Of a stretch of 64,000 nucleotides of DNA, positions 1-14,957 are shown in pieces; the stretch's first letter is position 1, and each line of letters begins with the position of its first letter. Source of the stretch: Anas platyrhynchos (lineage: Eukaryota); contig NC_092587.1 of NCBI RefSeq assembly GCF_047663525.1, positions 188,931,457 through 188,995,456 on the forward strand, given 5' to 3'. Below the pieces are notes generated by a model. It did no database searches and had not been told where the DNA came from. It worked only from the letters and a program-made list of their open reading frames with translations. The position numbers and the translations under genes are program-made.

Positions 1-3000
1 ATTTTATTGTATAACAAATGGAAGTGGGTGTGGGCAGATCTGCGAAATAATGATATATCAATGCAATGTTTTAAATACAGTATTAAAATGCAGAGAAGCA
101 GCAAGTAACTACAAGACAAGCAGATAAGACATCTCAATTTGGAACGAAGCTGTAGAATCAGAATACGTTCTGTTGTACATCTTTGCTAGTTTTGGACTAT
201 TTCCTGGTTTTGGTAACAAGTTCAGTTTATCACTTGAAATTTTTGGCCTGTAATAAAGCTTTCTGAAAATAAGAGTTTTGTGTAAAGCAAAGTTGCAGAA
301 CTCATATTTATAAAATGTAAATATGTAAATATTTCCTTTAGATATTTTATCATATTTTATACCTTTATATGATAAAATATCTAAAGGAAAAACAGCACAA
401 GCTTTTTAATGAACATTGTTGCTTTATTTATATTTATTGGTGCTTTTATTCAAATTGTTGAAACTTTGACTGGAAAAAGATTGCAATTCTCAAGTTTCGT
501 GTGTAAGATCACAAGATAAAGACATTAAAAAAAGTATAGGAATGTAGACAACTTCTGTAATTGTGATTTATGACCAGTTTTTAATATCAAAGATATTATC
601 TCAGCATCCAAATCAGTGCCTGAATTATCAGAATTATCAGCTGTCTTCATGACAAACTCCAATAAATGTCTTAGAAAAAAATGTCTTTTAAAAATCTTCT
701 GAGCCTTTTCTGGTTCAGAAGCTAAGTATTCTTTTTCTTGCTCTGAGATGGAAAAACAACTATTCATTTTTTTTACTTCATTTTTTTTCTGCTTCATTTG
801 CCTTATTTCACATAGTTCAGGGCAGTGGTTATTTTCTGCTTCTCGTGACATATGAGTGAGAAAATTTCTCCTTTTTTGTAACAGTTGCAAGTACTTTTGT
901 CTCTTGCCTAATCTGGTTTTTAACTTTCTCCCCCAAACTTAAGTTTTGAAAAAAATCACTTTCTGACAGTAATTTATCTAATAATTTACTGACAATGACT
1001 TTTTACTGCAGACATGTTTCAGTCTAAGATGTTATCCATTTTCAGTTGACTTTACTGAAACAACTTCAGCTCTTGGGTTGCCTTCTTGCATCGATATTTC
1101 TTTATAAGCTATCTGAGTTTTCCTTTCTGTAATTGTGTAGTAGTATCTGAAAAACTTTTCCAGTCTGGAACAGCCCCAGTGTGCCATATGGAGGTTGTTG
1201 AATAGCAGGATTGCTGGGCGAGTTCTTGGTGTTGAGTGGGGGGAAAAAAAAAATCCCCTTTTTATGGTGGTGTTTTCATCCATGTTTTTGATACATTTAT
1301 GTATTTGCTTTATAATATAGTTATTTGAATTTTACTTTTGATTGTATAAGTGTATATACTCATGTTTGTAAGCTATCACAGGTTTGTTTTCTTAGAGATG
1401 GGATTAACTAGAAAATTTTGGATTTAAAAAGAATCAAATGAGAGAAAGGGACACCTGAAATGTAAGTAAAATGTAGTAGATAAAGTATTGTCTCTTCTGC
1501 ATTATAAATTAAAGAATATGTTTTCTGCCACATCTTATAAATAGCAGGTGTATTTGGAAAGTATGAAGAACAAATTTCCTTGGCTGAGGAAAAAAATGGT
1601 ACAACTCATGTTGAAACTAGTCTTAGAATTTCTTGCAGCAGTATCTGAGATCTGATAGAATGTAATGGTTGTGCATCCTTGAATATTTTCAACACTTACC
1701 AGATTGCACTCATAACTTTGAAGGTGCTATAGGTGACAGTCTTTGAGTGTTAACGTGTACAGTGAGATTTTCATTATAATGTCTAGTAAAACATTACTAT
1801 ATTTTTTCAGTCTCCTCAGTGCTTACAAATTTGAGGAAGTTTTCAGTAGTTTGTGGAGCAGCTAAACCTCTTTTAAGTTAGCTAGTGGCTGTGTCCTCTG
1901 TATTAAATAGTGGTTTATTTCAGGGGATTATTTATTAAAGTTGATTATTAAATGGGTAATTTGTCCCATAAATGTAATGTGGGTAACATTAGTGCCATTA
2001 AACTGTCTTCCAGTGTAGACCTGACTTAAACATCATGTAAAGATTGATGATTGAAGGAAGTAGACTTCAGATTTAGTTTTGAGCCCAGCTGTTGGGGGGT
2101 GGCTTAAAAAACAAAGCAAACTGGGAGGATCAAAGTGACTTAACACCATAAGTCCTGACCAAAATAAACTGCGTGGTTTGGAGAGTAGGAGCTAACAAAG
2201 GAAGGTCTTGTTACCTAGACAAAGGAAGACCTTAAACTGTCTTTCATCATCTTCTTATAAAGATCAGATGTTAAAATAAAGGTGGATTTACAAGAACGTG
2301 TAACTTTTTATTTTAAAACATTTTTTTCTGAATCTGAAGCATAGAGGCATGTGTGCTTGAACAATTCTTCCCATTTCTATCTTCAGTTTTTCAGCCAGTG
2401 CTAATGTATATGTTACATAGTTAATGAGGTTCCGTGATAAACTACTGTCCTATCCACTTCAATCCCATATAAAATGTTCTAGTATATGTTACAAGGTATG
2501 TTAAGACTGGCAATTTTCATATTATGCTGTTAGCCTTTCTGCACATTTTGTAACACAAATTCAAGAGCATTCATTATGTCTGTCTAATATTTAACTAGGA
2601 AGTAATTTAAAAAGTTGTTAGAAATAAAACATTTGAACACTTTTTTAAAGAAGAACTTCATCTTAAAAAGCAGTAAATATTTTTAGCTTACTTCAAGTGC
2701 TTTTGTTGTTTCTGTGGGATTTAAATGCTGAGAGATGCCCTCAGATGCTCAGTGTTGTGTGAGAGATGTAGAAGGGAAGCAAGGGAAGGTCATGCAGAAG
2801 TTGAAAACCTCTCATTTGTTCCCAAAAGAGAAAAGAGAGAACAAAGATGTAGAGCATGGAACTTTTTTCCTACGTGAATACTTAGTAGAGAATTGATCAG
2901 ATTGTAAAAATGCTGGTTTAAATGACTTACTCCTATCCTTTTGCTGTTCATTAGTTCTTAAAGAAATTCCCCTGTTTTAATAACACTTCACAATATTACT

Positions 3001-6000
3001 GAAATAATGGACGTACTTAAAAATGCACTGAATTAACCATGTATCTTTTTTTCCATAAGGGAAATTTTAATTTTTTGCTCAACAGCCAAATACTCATTTT
3101 TGCTATCATTAGGAATGTTTTTCCAACTTGGAGCCTTTACTGGAATAACATGTTTGCATTTATTTCATGCAGAGCACGTTACTGTTTTTACTGATTCTTG
3201 CAGTACATGTTCTTTAATAGTTTAACCTAATGAGTCATCTCCATTAACTCTATTTATGACTTGACTTGCCAAGGAGGAAATTGGTTTTAATCACCTGTTC
3301 TAGCACTGTTGCTTTGTTTTTCACAAAGACCAAGTCCTGTTGACAATTGTTAAACGTGATGAAAATTCTTTTCATTAGATTCTGTATTTAAAAATGGCTT
3401 CTTGTGTTTTTTTTGACATAGCTTCATGTATACTGTATGCTTTGCAGCTACATAGACTTTTATTGTTATCTAGTTTAATGTATTTACATGTATAATTCTG
3501 TGTAATGGAAGGGAGCTTTTTTATTATTACTATTATTTTCAGTTGCCTGGGTGGGAGCTGTTTATAGAAATACCGAGTTGTTCAGGCTCCATGCAATCAC
3601 CCAGTACAGCTCCCATCTCAGAGGAAGGACTAGCTCTGGATTTGGGCCACGTTGCTGAGGAACACACAAAAGTCTTGCATTTTGAAATAAGATCATTATT
3701 TTTCATGTGATAGAATAAAGTGCAATATTTTCTGATATTATACATTCCAGAATCTTGTGCATAGGTCTTAAATGATGGATAAACCTCAGAGGGAAAGGTT
3801 ATAGGGGTTGGATGTGGGAGAAAGCTTTTCTTTCTTTAACTCCTCATTGGCAATATTACTTCCAGTGAGCTGAACATTGGAATCACTGGCTTGAAGTGGC
3901 AAAACATTCTGAGGAATGGGTGAATAGCGTATAGTCAAAAAGTGTTCCACACGCTCTTATTTTTGAGTGCCTATCCAGTGCTGTTAATCACTTAAATAAT
4001 TTGTGTTTAAAATATGCCTTTGCATAAATTATGATTTTCTGTAAGGATTAAGGAAAATTATTCCACAATTGCTTACGCTTCCTGGTGAAGACTTTAGAAA
4101 TCATTTTTGGAAATGAAAGTTTTTCTTAAACTAGAAAGAATTTAATGAAAGAAGAAACTATAAAAGGAAATTATTTATACGAAGGTACAGAAATGTCTTA
4201 CCTGGTTTGTCAGATAAAGTTTGTTAGGGAGATGAATTAAGTTTCCACTTCAGTGAGAACAGATAGCAACATCGATGTGAATTATACTTTGCTGTGCACT
4301 CGGAACTTGGATAACTGTGTATTAGGTTACTGATTATAATATGCAAACCTAAGTTTATGTGGTAAGTGTTCTTTTTTTGATAAGGCATTGTTCTGATGCT
4401 GTGCCTTACTGTTACTTTGGTTACCATTCCTTAGCCCCTAGCTGAAAGGTGAGTGCATACCTCTACCCGAATTTGGAAGTGTTTGGCCACTTCTTAATAT
4501 TTATGTTGATACCTCGCTTTTTGCTATTTTGTAATATTCAACCATACAGACATACATTTTTGACAGTTTGTTACCATGAGTATTGCTTCATTTGGAGAAA
4601 AAAAGTCTAATTTCTTTAGTCTGGCATAATTGAAAGTCGTGTTTCCAGAAAAACAGAAGTAACAGTTTATCAGTTAAGTTTAATATGTATATTATTTTTT
4701 ATAACTACTAGTGGTTTTATTTTCAGTGTGGGAAAGGAATTATATTTGGTACATTCTACTGTATCTCATCATAGGTGTCTTTCCAAAACTGTTAGTTTTG
4801 TGTTCTTATAATCTATTTAAGGCTATACTAATATCTTTTAAAAAACTGAAGCATCATCTTGGCAATTTTCTATATGCTTCTGACTGCTGCTGTCAGTGGT
4901 TATTGGGGTGCAGGAACATTGTACATGATAAACATTAAGTGCTCAAGAAAATCTTGTTTATAATACCTAGGAAAAAAAGAAATTTTATACTATATTGAAT
5001 GCACAATGTGTATGTAATTTGCAAAAGGTATTCAGTATTTTTGTTTGGGTCTAGTTAATGTTTAAAGGAGTTGGAAACAAGTAAATACAAATGTTAATGC
5101 TTGCATCTGAAGTAATTGGAAAGTATGGTGCTCTAGTTGCCATCATTTTTACTAAAAGCCAATTATTCAGATGAATGGGACCCTTTTGAGGTTTGTTTGC
5201 ATTAGTCGTGTAATATGAGAATCATGCAACAGGCTTGGAAAACTTCGTTTTGAGTTAAAGAAAAGGTAAAAGGGTTTATAAAGGATACTATAAAGAATTG
5301 TCATTTGAAAACAGGGTATTACTCATTGTTTTAAAGGCTATTTGTAAAGATTGCTGTACCTCACTACGCATCTGTTGTAGAACTGTCACCCTCGTAACTG
5401 TATGTCACCCATTTTTCTTGTTCTCTTGCAGTTTAAGTTGTTTTCCCAGGTACCTGCTGACTTCAGAGGTTAACTGCTTCCCTATGGATTTCTCTAGTAA
5501 AAAATTAACTCTCCTTTCTCTTGCTGCTCAATTTTAACTCCCTGTAATGGGTGGTTGGGGGTTGGCTTCAGGGGAGGAGCTGAAACAGGCTGCTACTAAA
5601 CAAGACGAGTAGTCGTGGGGAGGAAAAGAAGCCCTATGAAGAAAATTCTGTTCTAAAACTCTGTTCTCATTGTAACGTTCAACAATATCAGCCAGCAGTG
5701 GTTCAGCTACTCTGTCAAAACCACCTGTTGGCATTTCTTTCTCTGGTAGTTCAGGCAAATACCAGAGAGCAGCTGACCAGGCTTACCTGCAGTCCTTCAT
5801 ACTCACATGTTAAAAACCTGTTAGGTCACATTTTGTGTGGGATAGGGCTGTATTTTCTGTTACAGGGATTCCTTCAAATAAAAGCTTTAGTAAATGTAAA
5901 AGTACATGTTTTAACAGTTAGTATGTGAGCATTTAATCACATTCTTGATATGTTCTGTCAGTTACTGTATTTTCTCTAACAGGAAACTTATCTTAAATGT

Positions 6001-6884
6001 GCTAATTCTGTGGTAACTACGTAATAACTTCCCCATGCTGAAAACGTACAAAAATGCTGTGATTTGTGAACATAAAAAAACAGAAGTAATACTTAGTGTA
6101 GGCATGTTGATAGGTAGCAGAGACCATAAGACATGTTCATAGAAACATATTTGTCTGTAGTCTACCACTGAAATATTTTTATATGGTAGTAATAAAACAC
6201 CTAGGTTAAAGCTACAAATGGCAAGTAATAACTTTGTGGGTTTTGTTACAAAGGTCACACGAGAGTAACAACAAAACATGAGTGTCAATTCCACCCTTCT
6301 TGCTTTTTTATTTTACTGCTAACTGAAGACCTTCTGAATTTCAAGCTAAGAAAAAAGTGGTTTATTTTGTGGAGGAAGCTTAGTAGTAGAGTTTTCTAGC
6401 TCTGTACTTTAAAAAAAAAAAAAAAAAAAGATCCTTTAAGTGGTTTTGTACTTGGCCCTGCCTTGTATGGCATCTTTCACTTTAGAGGAAAAAAAAAAAA
6501 AGCACACAAACAAACCAAAAACCCCTGAAACTTGTAGTGGAATCAGTCCTGACTTTGCAATGCAAGAATTGGAAGCCCCCCAAAGTACGTTATGTGCAAT
6601 AATTCAAAATCCAGTGCATTACTCATAGCTAAATAATATTTCTCAGCTTTTTGTGTTTTATCTAAATCTGTTTTCACCCACATTTATGGCCATGCACATG
6701 TATATGCACAATCCAGCTGATATAAACCGGTAGCTATGGTGTCTTTCTGCCATGCTGGTTGAGGGATTGACATTAGGGATGAAATCCCACTTTTTCGTTT
6801 TGCCTCTTGATGTCAGGGCTGAGGTGTAGTAGCAGACTAATATCAGTATATAGCCCTGTTGATTCTGCAGCTGCCTATGTGACT

Positions 6885-6990
6885 GATCCAACAGACATTT
6901 GTGACATATGTGACTGATCCAACAGACTAATGTCCAACAGACATTAAGTGAAATCATCTATGTGACTGATCCTATAGGATCAAGTGAAAT
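6885..6990. repeat. Local tandem triplication of an approximately 30-bp unit (ATGTGACTGATCCAACAGAC..)
   Basis: It reads ..ctatgtgactgatccaacagacatttgtgacatatgtgactgatccaacagactaatgtccaacagacattaagtgaaatcatctatgtgactgatcctatagg.. Confidence 0.7.
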
Positions 6991-8559
6991 CACATGATTT
7001 CACTTCATGTCGGTTGACAGTGGAGTGAAGGATCTGACAAAGTCATTGCATATTCTTTTATAAATTAAATCTAACATAGGTTCTAGTGTCAGAAGTCCTG
7101 ATTAAAGTGTTCAACAACTGCCTTTTGTAGCTGGACCTTGAATTCAACTCATGTCTTTGAGTTACAAGGCCTTACGTTTCTTCATTTTCATCTCCACGTC
7201 AAAGTATAATCCTTCCAAAAATCTTCTTAAGTACATTTCCTAGGTTAATACAAGTTCCCAGAGACAAAGTCACTGACCCAAGATCCTTTTGTCATACATC
7301 TTATGATAATTTCCTATACCAGCATATTTTTGTAAAACTATTGACCCTGTGCTTTCAAATGTTGGATATTGTTGCTTTAGATGTGCAGTTGTAGAGGACC
7401 TTCAAGTTTTGACATCCCAAAACACGTTTCAACTAAAACAAGTTTTGTGAAATTGATTTTTTTTTTTTTAAACAAACAACAATAACAAAAATATGAATGC
7501 AGTTTGACACGATTAATATTCAGTGCAAAAATTCAGTTGGGATAATGGAACTGTTTCCAAAATGTGTCTGAACTTGTAAATCGCAAGTGGAAAAATTTTC
7601 AGAATCAGGTAAATTTATTTTGTATACGCTTGTTCTTAATGTGTGTATATTCATTTGATGATGGAATATACTTTAACATTCTTACAGAAAATTCATTACA
7701 GCCTCTTTTTGGTGCATCATTGTTTTTCACAAGCTGTGAAATTTCTATTTCATCCTTCTGATATAAACAGTAATACCAAACTTCCTTGGAATTATCTGTG
7801 CTGGGTGTGCTTTGTTTTCCCTTAAGTGATAACTTTTGCATATTGTTTCACAGCAGGACATGGTTCATGATAGTAATGTCAGAACTTCTTTGCTGTTGGA
7901 TAATTGAGCAATGATTAAATCTGGATCAATTTCACATGTTAATTGTCTATTTAGTTTAAATGCATGATATGCTGTAAGTTTTTATGCTAGTTTCAAAAAC
8001 ATGGCCAGTGTCTGTACAGAGACAGCAAAAATATACCACAATTGAGTTAAGTCAAAATTTTTTGAACAAAGTTGAATTGGCAGATTGAATTTATATACCG
8101 TAACACATCAGAGCTTGGTTTGCAGTCAACACCATCATTTTTGAGTCATAAAGACAGATTTGACTGTATTATTAAACCACAGCCTCTAGGCAACAGTGTA
8201 GTAAGATGTCTTTATTTATAATTTAAATATACTGCTGATTATTGAAGAACATTGAGTGAATATGGATTGATTTTCAGTTGGTTACATAACTTTAATGAAA
8301 CTTTAGATTGTATCTGATAAGTGAAACTTGTGATATTTAACCTTTAGCATTATGCAAAAAAATGTACTGCATTGTAATATTGAACTTCTACGTTTGATAT
8401 TTATGAAAGTAGGGCAGTATATTTAACTTTATTCCTTGCACAGTTTTGTAATTAACGGGAACTTTAGAAACCTGAGATTTTTTATTTTCATGGAATATAT
8501 GGGAATGTTTTAAGTTCTAAGAATGATAGGTTGATCATGAAAACTATGTTTACTTTCAG

Positions 8560-8617
8560 AGAGAACAGGAAATGAGAATGGGTGATATGGGTCCTCGTGG
8601 AGCAATAAACATGGGAG
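8560..8617 (+). CDS. PSPC1: PSPC1 internal coding exon (REQEMRMGDMGPRGAINMG), 58 nt, ending in phase 1
   Basis: Acceptor tttactttcag|AGAGAACAGG and donor ATGGGAG|gtaggg. The trailing G joins AT of the next exon to give Asp, as in PSPC1 ...INMGDAFSPAP. Confidence 0.85.
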
Positions 8618-9837
8618 GTAGGGATCTGAAGGAAAAGGCTTCTGTAATGTAAAATTTGTTTTTCTTTGGGACTGTACATGTTACTCAAGCACTATTCATT
8701 GGTGACAACTACTGGTAAAATCAAGTAAATAGTATTAGGAAATAAGAAAAAAATCATACATTTTTCTTCTAAACAGTTGTTTTTCTCTGAAAAGTATGTT
8801 TTGAAAATTGATAAGAGAAAGAAAATGATCTTAAAGTTAAGAGAAATCATTAGGCAGGGTAATGCTCTAGAAATTATATGATGCAATACAGTAATGTTCA
8901 GTTGCAAAAGTGCTCAGTGTTCTTCTGGAGGGACTACACGATCAGAAAAGTTGGGACTATAAGTGTAAGCAGTGAAATGATTTACACCTTAAAATAGTCA
9001 GTTTCTGTTGACGTATTTCACAGAAGTTTAGCAAATAAGGTGGTTGGTGTCCTGTTTGCTTACTGCAAGTCTCTATTTGCAAATATTCTCAGTTCATTTT
9101 TGTGGTTTAGAGTACTGTCACTGCTAAAAACTCCTACTGTGAAATCTAAAAAAGTGTTTTCTTCATCATCGGTATTTGTTCCGTATCTGCAGACTGAAAC
9201 AATTTGAAATATTACTTAATCACAATATCTGCTTTTAAACAAGACTGAAATTAAGAATATTTAAAAAATGAAACTATTAACTATCAATATGTATCTTTAG
9301 GAAGCTTCCTGATGTTCATTAAAAAAATAATAAATTAGCATTTTGTGTAATTTAAACTTGGAAGTGAATATAAAGCTCAGTAAATGCTGCGGCATGACTT
9401 TGAGTAATGCAAATTTATAGACTAAAGTACTTCTTCAGTCCCCATTTCAAATACGTTATCCACCACTTGCATTCACTGACTGAGAAACATTCATAGCCAC
9501 AAAATGGGCTGATTCACTTGCAGAAAATGAAGAGGCTAAAATAATTCTAACAGAAATTCTTGTAAAGATCAAATTATCTAGAAATAGTAATCTGAAGCAT
9601 AAATTGCATTTATTTGATAGCTGCATTTTTACGTATTTTTTTTACATATTGTTTCAGCGCATTCTACTTGAAAATTTCAATCTATTAGGAGGCTTTGTAA
9701 TTATTGATATTGTGGAAACTGCTAACACCAGTTTTCCAGATTCTTAGGGTATGCTTTTATTATACAGATTTAAAATATGTATTTATAATAAAATAAGTAT
9801 TTACAGCAGTCAGTTCCCAGCCCCTTACTTTTCTTGT

Positions 9838-9950
9838 CAGGTTTTCATAGAATCACTGAAAGGTTTGGGTTGGAAGAGACCTTACAGATCATCTAATTCC
9901 ATCTCCCCCTGCCATGGGCAGGGACACCTCCCACTAGAAGGAAGTTTTAA
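9838..9950 (-). mobile_element. CR1 LINE 3'-terminal fragment, reverse orientation
   Basis: The sequence ..ggtttgggttggaagagaccttacagatcatctaattccatc..ctgccatgggcagggacacctcccactag is the reverse complement of the conserved CR1 3' end (..gggtccctgcccatggcag..ggaagggacctt..aacc) with a GATTCTATGA-type tail. Confidence 0.7.
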
Positions 9951-12668
9951 TGCTTAACTATGATATCCGTCATTGTTTTGGTTTGTAGCTTTCTTGCTAT
10001 GACTTCAGATTTTAAACTTGTTAGAAATAAATATGTAGGTTCAGAAGGAATTGCCGTAACAACTCGCAGCTATTTTAAAAAGGGAGAAATAACCCGTACT
10101 GAATAGGTAAAGTGTATAGTTTTACAGTAGCTGGATTTTAGGTAAACTCTGCATAGAGACTTTTTTTCCAGACCATTAGCAACCCTGCCACCAAAAAACC
10201 CCAACCACCCAAACTTAAAACAAATGAATAATTACAAAGCAACCTTCGAATAATGAATGTTTAATCTCTGATCTTATCTTCCTTCTTCACGTAATATTTC
10301 TGTTGGACCTGTAACTTAATTTTTAACTGGTCTTTCCATTTGCCACTTAAACCTTTTCATAATGTGGGACGGTGGCAAACTGGAGTATCTTTAGTAATGG
10401 AAAAACCTACATGATAGTGTTATTACAAAGCAAGATACCTCTGAGATGGGTTTAACTAGTGTTGGGTTGATGTGTGCAGGACCACTCAGTTTTACATCAT
10501 CTGCAGCAAACAAGTTCTGAGAGGCTCTGTAAAGCCACAGCATAGCACTTATCTGGATCTGCAGTGCTGGGTGTAGTTAATAAATCTCTCTCTAACCTGC
10601 AAAAAAATGGCTTTTTGGGAACTATTTCTGCATTGCTGAGGGCTATTGACTGTGACTTAATGCCAGCTGTGCCAAACCTTGGCACATCTGAAGATCAAGA
10701 TGCTGTAACAGCCTCTACTGACCTTGTGCAGGACCCTGCTCTCTCCCTGTATTTACACTCCCAGCCTTCCTTCTGACAGAACTTACAGCTTGAAAATGGC
10801 TTAATAGTGCAGTGAGGCTTACTGTTATAACACTATTGTGTACTTGATATCACCCTGGAAGAGGCATGGATATGTTTGTGTGGTACAGAGGGTAAAAACA
10901 CTGTTGCAGTTGAAGGCTAGTGAACATCACCTACATATGTAGCTGGCTGGCTAAGTTTAATTAGCAGGTTGGTAAGCCATAAAAGGTAATTGAGCATTGA
11001 CTGTCTCTAGTTATTTTTCACTACCAGCACTGAGTACTGCCATCATGACAGTCATATTAGGGCACTTCTAGCCTTTGAATATAGACGTTTCTCCTTATGT
11101 TAGCAATTTAGATTCCTTTTCCTTCCATGTGAGGTCCTTGAATGGTCGATGCTGAAAAATAGTTTTATTGGCTATTCAGCTATAATTTCGTCTTGTATTA
11201 CAGCACAATCTTTTACTTGCTAAATGAACTGTTCACATTTGTAGGTAGTTAACGATCTGGGTTGAATATGCCGGTATTTTGACTCCATGTTATAGGGAGA
11301 GGTCTTGATGTATTTAGGACTAAGCTCAGGCAAGTACTGCTTTTTAAAATACTTTTCCATATTGCTTCTAATAAACTTGTGCAGCACTTTCTGATATAAG
11401 TGTATGATAGTCTATGATTTTAGCAGCAGTATCTTGTAGTGATCTCAGTGACTGCTGCGATGGGTGCTCAGTGCTGGTAATACAGCTGCAGTTTTGCATA
11501 AGTGCAGATAATCATGGTACTGTGTTTGTGCTCAGTGACCAGCTTACAATGGTGGACATGTATATACATTACTGAAGAACTTATGAACAGAGTTGAGAGG
11601 CTGATTTTTGAAATAAAATGACAAGTTTTTTTTTAGTCTGGCAAACATGTCTGATTTCTTGATTTTTTTTTTTGTATGCATTATCATGACTTGAAACATA
11701 CACTAGATTCCAAAGGCATGGTTTCTTCTGTTATCAAATTTCAGATGCGCACTTCTGGTTGAAGAGTGTGCATAACCATTGTGGGGACAAAAGAGTGCAT
11801 CACCACCAGTCTTAAAGATTGACATCTCATAGTAGCAGGCATAAATGATTTATATAATCAGACTTTTTCTTACAGCATGAAAAAATGTTTTGAATGCAGT
11901 TTACTTAAGTGTGTTAGTGGGTGCTGGCAGTTCTGCTCAGTTCTGCTCACTGGCTTTCTAGCTCAGTGTTGTGGCCAAATGACCTCTCCAGAAGAGCCAA
12001 AAAGGTTTTTAAGCTTTTCTACTCCCTCTTCCAGTGAATCAGAATTTTCAAAGAATTTTATCTGTAACTTTAAATTCCAACAGAACTTCTTTTATATTTC
12101 TGGTGCTTTTACTATAACATGCATTTAAATGCAAGATTTCTTGATATCATGTTATAAATACTTCATTATAAAGTTGAGTGCCACCATTGGTATCACTTTA
12201 TATGATATTGCAGTGTATTAGTCTAGCATCAACATGTAACATTAATACTGGTGGAACAGTTCTTGTATATTTACTGTTAAAATCTTGAAAGGGACGAGTT
12301 GCCTTACAGCTATTAATTACTGCAAAATCACTTGAGATTTTTTCTAATTTGTGGTGTGTATAGTGCATATATATGTGCTATATGAACAGTTAAATTCCTG
12401 CACAGAAACAGTACAGCTATATTTAGCTGCAAAGTTCAGGTTTCTCAACAACTATAGAAGGCAGATTATGCAATGTGATAACAGGGAGTAATTAATCTGT
12501 TTAAAAGCAGATGATTGAGGTAAATGTACAGTCTCAAAGAATATATATATCTTTTATATTTCAAGTATTGGAAGTCTTGTACATTTGGCTTTTTAAATAT
12601 TGTAAATTGTTTGTTTATTCTTGTAAAATTCAGATAGGACAGCTCTAAGTATAGATTGTTTTGCATAG

Positions 12669-12838
12669 ATGCGTTTAGCCCAGCACCTGCTGGTAACCAA
12701 GGCCCTCCTCCAATGATGGGTATGAATATGAACAACAGAGGAACTTTACCTGGCCCTGCAATGGGTCCTGGTCCTTCCATGGGACCAGAAGGAGCTGCAA
12801 ATATGGGAACACCAATGATGCCAGATAATGGAACAGTG
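12669..12838 (+). CDS. PSPC1: PSPC1 penultimate coding exon (Gly/Pro/Met-rich low-complexity region), 170 nt
   Basis: Acceptor ttgttttgcatag|ATGCGTTTAGCC and donor ACAGTG|gtaacg. It translates as (D)[56 protein letters not shown]. Confidence 0.9.
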
Positions 12839-14917
12839 GTAACGTATCACAAATTTAATTCCTTTGAATAGATGTCATGTCTCATGGCACATATTCGTTA
12901 CCAAAGATATTTTCACACTGAATAAGAGCATGCTAAATGGTTTTGAGTCTGTTAAAAGTAATTGATAAGACTTGTTCATGAACAACACACAGAAAACCAT
13001 TATTTGGTCTTAGAAGGCCATTATGAAAATCCCACTTCCAGAAGGGTGACTTCTTTGATCCATAACCAGACTTTTAGAGTTAGGGTTAGGTTTTATATTA
13101 TTTGTGGTAAAACTTTTCATGTGTAACCTCTCTTGAAAAACTTGCTGATAATTTCTCAAAAGTGATTTCTTTTTAAGAGGAAACCACATACAGGAGTAAT
13201 CTGTAAGCTTCAATGTTTGCTTTTTTTTTGTTTTATGAAACTAAATCATATGTAATTGTTTGATTTTTCCATAATCAGATGAAAAGTTAAATGTTGGAAG
13301 TTATGCATAGTGTGAAGATATCTTTGTGTAAACTACTTGATTTTTTTTTTTTAAGTGACTTCAGTGTTTTTGTACTACTTTTCTAATGGTGTTGAAAAAA
13401 CAAGATTGACTGTAAACACTTAGAAAATAGGGATGTCAACAGCTGCTAGTCATAACTGTCATGTCAACACGGGAAAATAGTCTTGCCCAGTTGCCAAGGG
13501 TACTAGGAACGAATGTAGGGGATACATCTGGAATTTTTTATCAACAGAGGATACGCTATTGGGCTCCAATTAAAGCATTGGCCATTTTTGCTCTGTTCTT
13601 ACAACCAGTCATTTTTCCTAGCTGCAATGTCTTCTGTAGAGAAACAATTATAGCATTTTAAACCTGAAATTTACATACGTTTAAGTATTCTTTTTTAAGC
13701 AGATACTTGAGATGTTCTGGTAGTGGTGTGATGTAAAGGAGTATGAGGTATAAGCAGTGATTCCCTTATAGTTTTATTGGAACACTGAGGCACTTTGTAG
13801 CTGTAAATTTTATCTATGCCTTCTCAATAGTATCAGTCTCTGTGCTATTCTATAAACAAATTTTGACAAAATCCTTTGTTCCTTAAAGGAAAATAAGATT
13901 TTGATTAAGTGCTAAATGCAGAATGAGTCCAGTCTTCACCAATGCAAGAAGACGACCTTATTTCATGTCATAGTGACCAGCTCATTTTATTGTATAACTT
14001 CTCACAAGGATGGGGATGTGTCCGCTCAAAACTGGTGTTACTGACTGGTCACCTCTGGAACATACTTTTGTGATTTTATAGACACTGAAAAGAGGTGTGG
14101 GGGGGGGGGGAAGCATGCTGTTTCGATATCATGATATCGATCTCAAATTGTTTTTCTACAAAAAGTCATTCCAGTTATGGAAATGTAGAGAACGGAATCT
14201 ACTGACACTTCAAAATGTGCTTTTTAAAAACAAAAATTTAACTTGCATTTTCTTCTGCACACCACTAAGGGGATGAATTAATTGCTTCTCTTTTTTTTCA
14301 TTTTGTAGTTTCAAGGTTTTTAATTTGGGGGCAGGCCCCTACAGAAAGGCATGCCCTTGTGTTTTTGTTGCTGCTAGAAAGACACTTCAAAGAGTCTGTG
14401 AGGGCTGTCTACTGAAACACAGTTAATTTCCATTTCTGTTAAGAGAAATGGAGAATACAACTTACCAGAAAGGTGGTTTTCATCTTTTAAAAATTAAGCG
14501 TTTTTATAAACTATATAGGGAAAATTGGAGTAAACTGCTTTTTTTTGTTCTAGTTTTACTGCCATATTTTGAAATATATGTGAACATAATGTTTTAAAAA
14601 TAGCTTTTTTTTCCTCATAGCTTATTGTAGGTAGTTTATTTACTACAGCAGATTTCTCTTTAACTGAATAGAGGAGTCTTGTTGGAAAGACTTGTTTTTG
14701 TCCAAAAGTTAAATGGTAAAATTTAACAGGAGTATGCGATGAGCTATTTTTTTAAGTTCATATCCATCACTAGCAAGCTGTAAGCATTTAAGACACTTAA
14801 AAAATACGTATTTCTAACCAGTGCTGCAGATTTTAAGGTTCTTTGAGGGCAGTAGTAGATCTTTATACAGCTGTTGAATAACTGTTTTTCTTATACAATG
14901 TGAACTTTTAAATAAGC

Positions 14918-14919
14918 AC

Positions 14920-14957
<38 letters not shown>

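Noticed and set aside
525-890. 121-aa minus-strand ORF in the first kilobase
   Set aside because: It is AT-rich, has a Lys/Asn/Phe-biased composition and no recognisable splice context. This is consistent with a chance ORF in intronic AT-rich DNA. No motif is recognisable.
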